A DNA stretch of 64,000 nt. Source: Paraspadella gotoi (lineage: Eukaryota > Animalia > Chaetognatha). A program made the translations under genes and the position numbers. The notes below the pieces were generated by a model that saw only the letters and a list, made by a program, of their open reading frames with translations, searched no databases and was not told the DNA's origin. The DNA is taken from assembly GCA_051294375.1 (NCBI GenBank), contig CM119267.1, positions 23,796,377 through 23,860,376 of the forward strand, given 5' to 3'. Numbering within the stretch: the first letter of the stretch is position 1; each line of letters starts with the position of its first letter. Below, piece after piece: positions 40,209 to 53,389 of the stretch.

Positions 40209-41102
40209 CCTCTCATTCATTCGTCTCATTTTCTTTCTTTTCTTCTTCGACTTCACACTTTTTCTCCCTCAATGGTTTTTACCTCATTTGTTACATTTTT
40301 TTAAAATTAATACTTATTCCGTTTAATTTTTGCCCCAAATAGTTTTTTTCCAATTATCAATTCTTTTTTTTCTCCATTTTAAATACTTATGTATATAACA
40401 ATATTTATATATATTTATATATATCTTTGTTAATTTTTTCATCTTCATTTTCCTCATTTATTTTCGTTCCTTATTTATTTCTCCGTTCTTCCTCATTACT
40501 TTTGGTCCCTTTCCCCATTTCACTATCTTTTTATTTTCCTTCCCTTCTTCATTTTTCCTCCTCCTTTCATTCTCGACGCCTTTCCTCATTTCCCCTCTTT
40601 TCATTTTCTACCCTTCTTCATTTTTTCTTCACCCTCCCTTTTTATCGGGACAAACGTCGATATTTTCTTTGACCAGTGACCACCGGATATTTTGTCATCG
40701 GCGAAAAATGAGTTGAGACTCAAAACGAGAATTTGCGGCGTCGGACGAACCATCGATCATTCGCTTCATTTTTAGAAGACTTGATTCATATTTTTAAAGA
40801 CTCGCTTCATTTTAAGAAGACTTGATTCATATTTTTAAAGACTCGCTTCATTTTTAGGAGAGTTTATTTATTTTTAGGCGTTCATTCTTAGGAGGTTTGA
40901 TTTATTTTTAAGAGACTCTCCTCATTTTGTTCTTCATTAGTTGATAAATAGAATACTAAAAAATATTTATATATAATAAAGTTCAACGTTTTAACTTTTT
41001 AAAAATCGTTGTTTGTCCTTTCGAACGCGGAGGCCTCCACTCCCTTCAGACCTTTACGACCAATTCAGAAGAGACAGGAGAGAGAAGAGAGAGAGAAGAG
41101 AG

Positions 41103-41150
<48 letters not shown>

Positions 41151-42520
41151 GCAGGTCCCGGCAAGAAGAGCTTCCGCCTTAAAAAATCTCTTGGATGAAG
41201 TCATCAAATTCTCGTTTTATTCCCCCTTTACTTTTATAACCTGTAACCGCAGACCTTCTCCTGCTCTCTCTCTCCTCTCTCTCTCTCTCGTTCTCTCTCT
41301 CCTCCTCGCTATCTCTCTCCGCGATCTCTTCGTCTCTCTCGTCTCTCATCTCGTCTCTCTCTCTCCCTCCCCGAGTAGATTGGTCTTTGCTATTGTTATT
41401 GTTATTATTTATGGTCAGGTGTCGGGTCAGAATAAGTTGGTTGCTCTTGGCTGTCNNNNNNNNNNNNNNNNNNNNNNNNNNNNNNNNNNNNNNNNNNNNN
41501 NNNNNNNNNNNNNNNNNNNNNNNNNNNNNNNNNNNNNNNNNNNNNNNNNNNNNNNNNNNNNNNNNNNNNNNNNNNNNNNNNNNNNNNNNNNNNNNNNNNN
41601 NNNNNNNNNNNNNNNNNNNNNNNNNNNNNNNNNNNNNNNNNNNNNNNNNNNNNNNNNNNNNNNNNNNNNNNNNNNNNNNNNNNNNNNNNNNNNNNNNNNN
41701 NNNNNNNNNNNNNNNNNNNNNNNNNNNNNNNNNNNNNNNNNNNNNNNNNNNNNNNNNNNNNNNNNNNNNNNNNNNNNNNNNNNNNNNNNNNNNNNNNNNN
41801 NNNNNNNNNNNNNNNNNNNNNNNNNNNNNNNNNNNNNNNNNNNNNNNNNNNNNNNNNNNNNNNNNNNNNNNNNNNNNNNNNNNNNNNNNNNNNNNNNNNN
41901 NNNNNNNNNNNNNNNNNNNNNNNNNNNNNNNNNNNNNNNNNNNNNNNNNNNNNNNNNNNNNNNNNNNNNNNNNNNNNNNNNNNNNNNNNNNNNNNNNNNN
42001 NNNNNNNNNNNNNNNNNNNNNNNNNNNNNNNNNNNNNNNNNNNNNNNNNNNNNNNNNNNNNNNNNNNNNNNNNNNNNNNNNNNNNNNNNNNNNNNNNNNN
42101 NNNNNNNNNNNNNNNNNNNNNNNNNNNNNNNNNNNNATCTTTAAAAAGGCTCAATGCTTAACCCTCAAACGAATCCCTACTTTGTTTCTCAAATCAAAAT
42201 TACTTTTTTTCTCAACCTTAAATTCCATCTCTCTCTCTCTCTATTTCCCCTTTTCACTCTGTCTCACTCTGACTGACTCTGTCTCATTCGTCATTCGTTC
42301 GTCTTCCCATCCAATCATCTCGATCCCTTTGTTCCGCCTTTTGATTGTAGCTAATTTTCCTTTTTTTTCCCTTTTTTTCTGTCATTTTTTTTTCATTTTC
42401 TCTCTCGCTGATCTTTTTTTTCACTTTTATTTTTCTTTGTATATTTTTCTTTCGATTCTATTTAAATTATTTTTAAAATTTTTTTAGGTGATTGGATTTG
42501 TTTTCAGTTTGGTTTTTTAT

Positions 42521-42609
<89 letters not shown>

Positions 42610-42735
42610 AATCAATCTATCTATTTTTTCCTTTTCCCACTCCCCATCCCTTGTCAATTGTCTTTCCATAACTCGAACTTTCTACGTTTAACAAATTGAT
42701 CTCCATCATGTCTACTTTTCAAAAGGCATACAACA

Positions 42736-42814
<79 letters not shown>

Positions 42815-43574
42815 TTTTCAGCCAAACAACGAAGAAGAGGAAACTGAGGCGTGAAAAAGAGGAAAACGACGACGACGACGTCAACGACGAGTGCATCAAC
42901 CTTGTCGGTCGCAATAACGACATCGACAATAACAACATAACTCTTTCTGCCAAGAGGAACGGATTTATTTTTCCAGCGGCGGCTGCGGCTGCGGAGGCGG
43001 TGGCTGCGGCGACTGCGGCGGCAAAAAAAAATATATGTGTTGACTTCTTCGGTTTTTGAGTGATTTTCGTGAACGTCACTTCTTGTGTACTACTTCCGTT
43101 TTGGGTGATAAGTGATTTATTTAAAAAAAATAAATTTGCTGATATTTGANNNNNNNNNNNNNNNNNNNNNNNNNNNNNNNNNNNNNNNNNNNNNNNNNNN
43201 NNNNNNNNNNNNNNNNNNNNNNNNNNNNNNNNNNNNNNNNNNNNNNNNNNNNNNNNNNNNNNNNNNNNNNNNNNNNNNNNNNNNNNNNNNNNNNNNNNNN
43301 NNNNNNNNNNNNNNNNNNNNNNNNNNNNNNNNNNNNNNNNNGATCGTTATTCTTAACAAGATCGTGACTCTCGCAGTAATTTAGACTCTATCCATTTTTG
43401 AATTATTAATATCAAATGGATAAAAAGTTATACAACAGAAATATTGAAATATTAAAAAAAGTAGTTCCATTACGCCTTCTCATCGGATGGCATCAAAACT
43501 GGCGACGTCAGCCGACAAGTTCGACGTGGCGAAAAATTGACGCGAAACGCCCCGACGGTTTTGGGGAAATAGAA

Positions 43575-43760
43575 AAAAAGAGCAATCGGTGGAAAAAAAG
43601 GGAGGAAAGGAAAGAAAAGAGCAATCGGTGGAAAAAAAGGGAGGAAAGAAAAGAGTAGAGCAATCGGTGGAAAAAAGGGAGGAAAGGAAAGAAAATATCA
43701 ATTGATGGGAAAGGGTGAAGTAAAAAAAAAGAGCATTCGATGAAAAAAATGGGAGGATAG
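43575..43760. repeat. ~39-bp tandem repeat (agagcaatcggtggaaaaaaagggaggaaaggaaagaaa) x4-5
   Basis: Direct tandem units are visible. Confidence 0.8.
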
Positions 43761-44662
43761 AAAACAAGAGAGAAATCAATAGAAAAAAGAGGAATGGAAA
43801 GAAAAGAGTAATAGTAGAGGAATGGGAGGAAAGGAAAGAAGAATCGAGAAAGGGAAATGGCGGAAAGAGAATAAAGAGGAAGAAAAAGGTTTTAGCTTTA
43901 GAGAGAAAAAAGATGAAAGACGAAAAGGAAAGGATTAAGAAAAAAGGAAGAGAAAAGATGAAAAAAAAAAGAAAAAGCAGAAAAAAGCAAAACTGCAATA
44001 AAAAAGGGAGAAAAAAATAAAAGGAAAGAAAGAAAAGGAGGAAATTATCAAAGGAAATCGAGAGAAAAATAAGTAAAACTCAAAAGAAATGAATTGGAAA
44101 TAAAATCAGAAACTTTAAAAGGGAATATTTAAAGAAAACGAAACGGGAAGGTGTGAAGAACTTTTGTTTTCACATAGTAGACGTTCGAAAGAGAAGGTGT
44201 ATTAATTTTATTCTTGAATACCGTTTCCGCAAAGCAGTCTATCCGTTTTTACTGTGAAGAATGTTTGTTCTTCACGCCAACTTTGACGAGCATTCATAAC
44301 GTCGCCCGTGCCGAATGTTTTATGTGAGATCCAACGATTAAGAAATAAAGTTTATAAGTTATATATATTTCAAAATTAAATAGAAAAGTATAAAATGAAA
44401 TAGAAGAAAAAAAATACAGAAAAAAATATCGGGATTTGAGGAAAAAAAGAAAAAAGAAAAAAGAAAACCCTGGCAGCAATGATTGAAACAAGAGAATAAA
44501 ACTCTGCGGACAAATCCATTGCCGATTCAACGAGGACCCGCCAGCGCATAAATCAAGCCGCCGTCACTCCCCCGCCTGAGGGGGCCTCGTAGAGAGAGAT
44601 GGAATACTGGGCAAGAGTTTGAAAAATAGAGAAGAGGGAGAGAGAGAGCAGAGACGAAAGAT

Positions 44663-44711
<49 letters not shown>

Positions 44712-45087
44712 GAAGAGAGAAGAGAGAGAAAAGGAGAGAGAGAGAGAAGAGAGAGAGACAGACACAGAGAGTCAGAAAATAGTTTTTTTTTCCACACCCC
44801 GCGGACAAAAAGACAATCGTCTTACGTGACATGGTTTCCAACTCTATTGGGTTTTTATTGATTTTTCATTCTTTCGTTTTTCCTCTTTATTTGTTTGTTT
44901 GTTTTGTTCTGAAAAAAAAAATATTGAAGAGAAAGAAAAATCGATAAAAAAAACTAAAAAAGAAAGAAAAAGAAAAAAAAGAACAAAATAAACCAAAACA
45001 TTTGAAAACAAACAAAGAAACATCGCAAAAACTCCGTTTGTCTCAGCACTCTTCAATTTCACGGTGTCTCACCGCATCGAGGTGATA

Positions 45088-45124
<37 letters not shown>

Positions 45125-45402
45125 ATGAAAAGAAAACAAAGGGAAGTTTCTTTGTTCCCCAAAGGTCCAGGACCTCAATTGGATACTCTCTCCGTATTTT
45201 ATCCTCTCGACGATCGAATAATAATATAACAAAATTAATATACATTTCATCCCTTTTTCTTAGGGTATTCTACTCTTTAAACTGACTAGGAATTTTTTCA
45301 AGAAAAACATTACTTTAAAATGATTTTCACGACTTAAATCGACTACTCTGCGCGCCTATTTTTTATCCACTTGACGCGCCCATTTAACAATAATGTCCCA
45401 AG

Positions 45403-45847
45403 GTTTTTCTCCCCCTCATAACCTTGTCCCCGTTTGCGGAGGAAAACCTTCCGACGCCGTTTACGCGTCGATCCGCGTCGTCGATCGAAATTCGACCAAT
45501 CAGAACGCAAGGATTGACGCGGCGTCCAATCAAAGCGCGAGCATCGACGCGACGAGTCGAAACGAACGAACCAATCAAACGGCTCCTTTCACCTGTTCAT
45601 CGTCTTCCAATCAAATCGTTCCGTTTTCGTTCATTACGCCATCGACTAATCAAACGGCGGGAATATCGTCGTCGTCGACCAATGGGGAGACGGCGTCGAA
45701 TCCTCGCGACGTTAGCGACGAAACTTCGTCCGTAGTGAATGACGACGTTAGAAATGGAAACTTTATCGAAGCGTCGACGACGACAACAACAACAACAACA
45801 ACAACAACATTTGTGACGAGATCGAGAAGTTTTACTCAGCCTCCGAG
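45403..45847 (+). CDS. Candidate coding exon, Ser/Thr/Asn-rich (GFSPPHNLVPVCGGKPSDAVYASIRVV...FTQPP)
   Basis: GC-richer island, open for ~148 codons, bounded by cccaag| and CCGAG|gtaata. It could instead be a CCAAT-rich non-coding element. Confidence 0.45.
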
Positions 45848-45953
45848 GTAATATTGTTTTCTTTCTTTCTCTCCTTTTTTCTTTCTTTCTTTCTTTCATT
45901 CTATCTTTCTTTCTTTCTATCTTAAATTCACCCTCCACCACCCTCAACCAAAG

Positions 45954-46222
45954 CTTCCCCGACCACCACCTCCGCCTCTCACTCCTCCCGCCCATCGACA
46001 TCCGCACCTCCGCCCTTCCCGCTTCCGGCACCTACTACGCCCCCTTACGACATCCGGGTGGACATCCCGTCGTACATCCGGGGAGGGGCGTGGTATTCGC
46101 TCGAGCGCCTCCGCCCTTCGCCTCCGCGTTTCCGCCTCTCTCCCGCCGACGGGCGGGACATTCGGGATCTTGGACGCCGGACGGTCCCGGACAAACGGAC
46201 TCGTCTCGACGAGCCTTTCCGG
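45954..46222 (+). CDS. Candidate coding exon, Pro-rich (SPTTTSASH...PPYDIRVDIPSYIRGGAWYSLERL...DEPFR)
   Basis: High-GC island bounded by ccaaag| and CGG|gtgaaa, open in phase 1 to 0. The frame is ambiguous because all three frames are open across this span. Confidence 0.5.
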
Positions 46223-46227
46223 GTGAA

Positions 46228-46264
<37 letters not shown>

Positions 46265-47434
46265 AGTTGAACTTTTCCGTCGCAAAATCTTCGTCTCTTC
46301 ATTCGTTTCTCGACGCGTTCGTCATCGGTGGCGGCGACGACGATAATTCCGACGACGCTCGAGGTCTCTTTTTTGGCACTTTATTCCGAAAGCGGCCTAT
46401 TTCTTTTTTTTAATCTTTGAACTTAACTTTAACTTATTTAAGCCTAATATTTTTTTAAATCCTTAAGCATTATCCCTAATTTTAACGTAATCTTTAACCT
46501 TAATATTTAATTCCTATACTTATTTACTTACCTTTATCCTTAATTTGATCTTCTTATCTTAAACCTTAATCCTTACCCAAAATTTTTACCTAAATTTTAT
46601 CCAAATTTGTAACCTAATCTTTAAATATAATCCTTAACTTATTCCTTTACTTAATCCTAAACCTTAACCTTATCTTAAGTCTTAAAATAATATTTATTTT
46701 AAAAATAAGCTGAAATTGGACGCTTTCTGAAAATATGCCTCTTTTAAGGGGACGCCATTTCAACAGACTATTCTATGAAAATACTTTTAAATCACAATTA
46801 AATCACAACTTTTTCATAAATATTCAGCATCGCGATTGGCTGAAGTCGATCGACCCGCGAACCAATCAGGAGCCGAGATTCCGTCTTTGTCTCGCGAAGT
46901 GGATCTGAGAACGAAAGAAGGAAGGATGAGCAAAGGTTACTAATTTAAAAAATAAATAAGATATTTTTTAATTAAATTACTTCTCATATATATTAAATTT
47001 TACCCAAAAAATAAACTCACCTTTAATCAGTTGCTACGACATCCGCTAACGAAGTTCTTCCAATCATCATGCCGATGGACACCAACTGCCTTGAAAATAT
47101 CAATGTAATTACAAGCGTTGCTGAGTATTTACAAAATGTACTCCAGAAAAAGGCATAAATGTTTTCTCCTGTGCTTCAAGTAAAAACTATTACTCAGAAA
47201 AGGCTAATTTGTGTATAAGATTGAAGTTGGTATATGAAACATCAATTAATATTTTCTCTGTCTAGCTTTCTCTCATGCTATCCACTTTAAAAAATCAAAT
47301 AAGCAAAGAGAGAGAGAGTGAGAGAGAGAGAGAGCGCAAATCAAATTCAAAAAGATGACTCCTTTCCGCGAGACGTGAGAGGCGCGGATTATATTGTGTT
47401 GTGTGAGTGAGAAAAAATGAGAGAGAGAGAGAGA

Positions 47435-47478
<44 letters not shown>

Positions 47479-47925
47479 TGAGCGCCTTTGCTAATGAGAA
47501 ATGTCTTTACAAATGTTGTTTTGCCTCCTAATCAGCGTCGAGACTCGTCGATGTTATTTTAGTTGTTGTTTTTGTTGTTGTTGTTGTTGTCGTCGTCGTC
47601 TTCGTCGTCGTCGTCGTCATTATCAAAGTCTTTATGTCTTAAACTTAGGACAATTTTAATTCGTCCTCATTATTGTCGTCGTCGTTTTGTAATTTTTTTC
47701 TCTTTTGTTTTTCTCCTTTTTTTCTGCAGTTGTCGTCGTCGTCGAAGTCGTCGTCGTCGTTGTCGTCGTCGTTGTCGTCGTCGTTGTCGTCGTCGTTGTT
47801 GGGATATTTTCTTAATCTTGTCACTTGTCAATTGAAGAGATTTATATCTTTCTTTTCCTTTTATTTCCATCTTATTTTCCTTCCATTTTTTTTCGTTTTT
47901 TTATCCTTCATATTTTTTTTTATAG

Positions 47926-48110
47926 GTTCACTTTTCCCGCGTGGACCATGTCTACTTTTGCATTGGAGGCGAGATAATTCAAGATGCGAGAGGAAAGATT
48001 AAAAAGGACACACATTATTCTAAAATGTCCACTCCACAGCTGCCCAGCCAAAACATTCGAAAGCACAATATTCGAAAACAGCAAACGGGCCGTCGCGCAA
48101 TAAATAAAGT
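47926..48110 (+). CDS. Possible coding exon (VHFSRVDHVYFCIGGEIIQDARGKIKKDTHYSKM...), 3' end uncertain
   Basis: Strong acceptor ttttttttttatag| and an open phase-0 frame compatible with the 46222 donor. No clear donor site was found. Confidence 0.35.
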
Positions 48111-50305
48111 TCAGATTGAAAAAAAAAGTTCTAAACAATTACAGCCATTATTACAACGATTACACTGCAGCAATTACAGCAATTACAACAGCAAATACAG
48201 CAATTATAGCAATTACAGCGATTTCAACTACAATTACTACAGCTATTACAGCAATTACAGTAATTATTACTACAGCCGCAGTCACATTCAACTCGAACTC
48301 TGCTTTATTGATCTCATTCATTCTCAGCCTTCGTCTCTCCTCGAAGTTGGATTAAATCAATTTTCATCATTTTCTCTTTTCACATTCAGTGATGAGAGAG
48401 AGAGAGAGAGAANNNNNNNNNNNNNNNNNNNNNNNNNNNNNNNNNNNNNNNNNNNNNNNNNNNNNNNNNNNNNNNNNNNNNNNNNNNNNNNNNNNNNNNN
48501 NNNNNNNNNNNNNNNNNNNNNNNNNNNNNNNNNNNNNNNNNNNNNNNNNNNNNNNNNNNNNNNNNNNNNNNNNNNNNNNNNNNNNNNNNNNNNNNNNNNN
48601 NNNNNNNNNNNNNNNNNNNNNNNNNNNNNNNNNNNNNNNNNNNNNNNNNNNNNNNNNNNNNNNNNNNNNNNNNNNNNNNNNNNNNNNNNNNNNNNNNNNN
48701 NNNNNNNNNNNNNNNNNNNNNNNNNNNNNNNNNNNNNNNNNNNNNNNNNNNNNNNNNNNNNNNNNNNNNNNNNNNNNNNNNNNNNNNNNNNNNNNNNNNN
48801 NNNNNNNNNNNNNNNNNNNNNNNNNNNNNNNNNNNNNNNNNNNNNNNNNNNNNNNNNNNNNNNNNNNNNNNNNNNNNNNNNNNNNNACACAGGAAGCGAG
48901 AGATGAGACGAGTAATGTTAGAGAGGATTGACAGAGGAGAGACGCATATTCGCTGAGTAGTAGAGAGACGATCTGTAGACTTCACATTTGCAAAATAGCT
49001 GACCTCTGGAGTATATATGACCGCCTTTTATTTCTTTCCAGTATGAGATAATAGTTTTTTTCCTCATTTATTGTCATCATCTGCTCACTCTGCTCTTATC
49101 CTATTCCTTATCTTCTCTATCTGCTCTCTATTGGTTCTGCCCTTTATATTTTTTCTTTATTCTTTTTTGCCTAACTTTTCTTTCTTTTATATTTCTTTTC
49201 TTTCCTATTTCTTTTCCTTTCCTTCCTTTACTTCCTTCCTTCGCATTCTTATACTCTCTCTCGTCTTTCGCTCTTATCCTCTCTCTATCATCTCTGTCTC
49301 TCCTGTCTTCTGTACTCTGTCTCTTCCTTCTCCTCTCGTCATCCATTATTCTTCTGTGCCCCAAAGTGGATGATGTTATCGATTTGAGGAAAAACCCGTC
49401 GTTTCCTGGGGATGGAAAGAAGAAGAGGAAGAAGACGAAGAATATGAATATAAGGAGGAAGAGGAGGAAGAAGATAAGTAGGAGGAGGAAGAGGAGGAGG
49501 TTGCTAAGGTCACACGACCCCTTCAGGAAGAGAAGTTTCCCGGAGAGAGTGATTGGTGCATCTTTATCTCAAATCGAAAGAGAAAATTTTTTTTTTGAGT
49601 TCACGAAGCCAAGCGATCACATCACGTTTTTTTTTCCGCTAGGGGGAGCGAGCGTGAAGTTCCGAGTCCGGAATGTTTAATTTTAACGAATTAGAGTTGA
49701 CGAACTTGTTCTTAAACTTAAATTAAAATTGAAAATGCATAAGTGGGAAAAATGAACCAAAAGTCATACGTCATCAGTTTGAGTCGAAAACAATTTTTAT
49801 TTACGCTAAATTTTGTTCCTTTATAAAAATACTGCTTGATACTAAAAAAAAGCCTTGTAAGTCCAGAGTCGATTGTCCAGACTCTGGACTCCAGAGTCCA
49901 GTCCCTCGCCAACGATTGATGCTCAACTTAATCCAAAAACAAAAAATCGTTTTCGGTCCGAGAAAAAAAAAAGAAGAAAAAATGAAGGAAAGAAAAGAAT
50001 TAAGCCCAAGAAACTCGCGCGAAGAAACTGATGATGAATATTTAAAGTTTGAGATCATCTTTTCTTTCTTTCTTTCCTCCCCTGTACTCTTTCCACTTCG
50101 AGGCCCCGCTTCCCACCTCCTCCCCCTCCTCCTCTTCCTCCTCCCCTCCTCCTCTTCCTCCTCCCCTCCTCCTCTTCCTCCCCCTCCCCCCTTTCGCCTT
50201 CTGCTCAGAAATGTTCGTCTCAAGTTAAATATTCACGTGAGGTCGAAGGAAGACGAGAACTGCTGCTGAAGTGAATTGACCTGCTCTCTCAATATTTAAA
50301 GCTTT

Positions 50306-50424
<119 letters not shown>

Positions 50425-50468
50425 TTGTTTAGATCCATTTTCTAATTTGATTTTTTCTTCTCCCACAG

Positions 50469-50531
50469 AATTACATCAACCAACGGGAGAACTTCATTCC
50501 TCTCTGCAAAATGAGCAGAAATAAAAAAGAC
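50469..50531 (+). CDS. Coding exon, phase 0 to 0: NYINQRENFIPLCKMSRNKKD
   Basis: ttttttcttctcccacag| 63 nt |gtaagt, with a consensus acceptor and donor. Confidence 0.75.
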
Positions 50532-50801
50532 GTAAGTACAGACTAGTTTGTTCAATGTTTAATGTTTATTTATTCGTTTGTTTCTTTGATTGTTGTTTTA
50601 TCTCCAACTTATTTATCTATTCAATCATTTATATCTATTATTTTATTGTTTTTTATTCGTTTATTTGTTTATTCTTTATTTATTTATTTTTCTATTTATT
50701 TCACCTAATTCTTAATTTCTTTTTTGTTTATTTTTGTTTATTTTATGACTTGAATTTATTCCATATTAATGACATTGCTACTTTATTTTTCCAACCTACA
50801 G

Positions 50802-50910
50802 AAAGAAAGTGGCGCCATCTACGAAAACGACGACGATTACTGCGATTTGCAACAAGAACACGGAGGGAACGCTTGCGCACTGCCGGCCACGGAAGAAGTC
50901 GACAACGAAG
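50802..50910 (+). CDS. Coding exon, phase 0 to 1: KESGAIYENDDDYCDLQQEHGGNACALPATEEVDNE
   Basis: tttttccaacctacag| 109 nt |gtat; in frame with the previous exon. Confidence 0.75.
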
Positions 50911-53389
50911 GTATNNNNNNNNNNNNNNNNNNNNNNNNNTATAATCCTCTAACAAAATATTCCTAAGTTCACGCTCCCTGGCTCCCTTCTATAGAATATG
51001 GCAACTCTGTAGAGGAGAGCTGGCGCCTGTACGTTGTCTGCCACCACTTTTATAATTTGAAAAGCATGATATGTAGAGATAGAGAAGAGAATGGATGAGT
51101 CCTTGCAACAGGCAGTTGAATTTGCGACAGTGTGTAATAAATCTTTGCACTGGGAATATACACTTTTCAAATAACGTGAATCAATAATTTGCACCCACCG
51201 ACCTCGGTGTAATATTGGAAGACAGTGGAACTACCAATTTGGAGCGAGAGCAGCGGAATCGAGAGTTGCTACCAGGTAATACTTTGTACACATGTGAAAG
51301 CATTAACTCTGGCACAGGCATTGTAAGTTTTGGTGACACAGGATACAAATTTGCCACTGTGAATGAATTAGCACAGAACCTAATTTGCACAGAATGAATG
51401 ATTTTTGCACAGGTCATTAGTTATGCGGCATACAGTAATACCATTGTAAAATGATATATATTTTGCTACAGAAATTAGTATTTGCAGCAGGAATACCATT
51501 TGTAACAGAAATAATTTGCACAGTGGATTCGATAGAATGTGAGCACTCAGTAATGAATTTGCTACAGATAGAGTCTTTGTATCAGGATATTATAATTTTT
51601 GAAACAAGGAGAGCCTTTGGGCTACGAGGTAATAACGGATATGTACTGTATCCCTGTGTGTAATATTCTTGTTCTACGCACAGAAATGGGTATAACAGCT
51701 ATCTATATCTATATTATGTATATGTCATGCTAGGATTGTATAAGGATATGTTGCCACTTGATAAGGCAAATGATTACACCTTTAGCTAGGCATGCTACCA
51801 ATTTGTATGATTATACTCACTAATTGACCGACATAGCCGCTAACATTTTTACGGCTAATATCAATGGCAGTGAGCTCTGGTTCTGAAATTTTGCTCAGCC
51901 AGTGATCGCACATTGTACACCGTCGTTGAATTTGTACCATATATCCTCTAGTTCTGTTCGTCATCAATTAGGATTATTAATGGTAAATATTCCCCTTTGC
52001 CACAATTGATGGCAATGTTATGCTTATCTGCTGGCCAAGACACTCAAGGTCGATATGGAGGAACATTTAAATCTTGACAAAGGGACCCACAGCACCTTTA
52101 CCAAGCAATTGATGTCACTTACGGGCCAGTAAAGATTGTTTACCCACCATTTCCTCCGCATAGCGAATATCGAATCTTGGCCCCACTAAGGTAAGGATAT
52201 AATTTATTATATCCTTCTGCTCAGCACCCACGCTTGCTATTCAGTTTCCACCTTCTCTACCACCTGTTTCTTCGGTCTATCATCACGGTATAGATCTTTC
52301 TTTTTATGCCTTCTTCACTCGCTTGCAAATTCTTTATTCCTCGGTTGCGCGCCCTCCTATCTCATTTCGTCTCCCCTCGTCTTATGTCTGGGATGCCAAT
52401 ACATTTGAGTTCCTGTAACGGCGGGCGCGATTAACCTGAGTGTGGTTTATTGGCCATTTAAGAGGTTTCTCTGTGTCTTTGTCTGCCACACCCGAGCTGG
52501 TCGTTCGTCCAGTGACGTGCCTTTGTTTCCACCAGTGCTCTCAGCATTTGAGTCTTCCATTGAGAGATCTGAGGTCGTCTTAATGTTGCGTACTTACTAC
52601 CGGTGCCCATCAGTGACCAGCCACCTTTTTTGTTATTGTCTTTGTCCTCCTTACTACTTCTCATATGATATTCCTCTCCAGCCTCAACACTACACATTTT
52701 TTCACGACATAATACTGTGGAATCAATCTTGGAAGTTGTCAGCGAACAGAATTGCCGGCTTTTTGGCCCATTGCTATAATCTGAAATGACTATTCTGCGG
52801 ATCGCATGTGAGATCCTCCATCTCATGTGCAAATTCAAGTCCTGTGAAAAATTTTTAAATTTCGCTGTGCAAATTCATTCCCGTGAAATTCCATCCTGGT
52901 GCAATTTATTCCTATGATAATTCATTCCTGTGGCAAATTCACTTCTGTGGGCAAATTCTTCCTTATTCAAATGGTATTAACTACTGCGCAACTTTTTATA
53001 GCTAAGTATAGGTTAATTTTTCTAGTCTGAAAATTAAGTAGGAGGTTTAGGGTTAAGTGGTGAGGTTGGGATGCATATCGGTATCTAAGCTTTTACGAAT
53101 CTATGTAAGTCTAGGGGTTCAAAGGTTACGGAAGCTAACGGGTTTCTTACGGTTAGGGGTGCACGAAATGAAGCCAGTTAGGGATAAAGGGCTTTAGGGT
53201 TAAGGTCCCAGAATTAGGTAAGGATTTGAGATTTAGCGTTTTAGGATTAGGTTATGGATTCAAGTTCATAAGTTTTTAAAAATTAATGTTAAGGTTAAAT
53301 ACTTTGAAAATTATGCCGAATTTTTATATTAAGTTAAATTGACTGACAACATTTAATACGCTAATAATCTCAGGTTTTACAAGTAGTTT

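Larger units (their letters stand above)
31900..42880. repeat. Large inverted duplication: ~31.9-37.66 kb versus ~38.27-42.88 kb
   Basis: For example, gtagacatgactggagatcaatttgttaaacgtagaaagttcgagttatgg (32461) is the reverse complement of 42665-42715; (TAGA)n at 32.6 kb pairs with (TCTA)n at 42.5 kb; the ~60-bp minisatellite is inverted at 38.28-39.0 kb. Confidence 0.92.

Noticed and set aside
47021-47089. Minus-strand exon-like segment (ttttcaag|...|gtgagt)
   Set aside because: Stop codons occur in all three frames; at best a non-coding exon, with no other support.
49366-49680. Basic, protamine-like ORF
   Set aside because: It derives from a (GAG/GAA) purine tract and has no supported splice chain.
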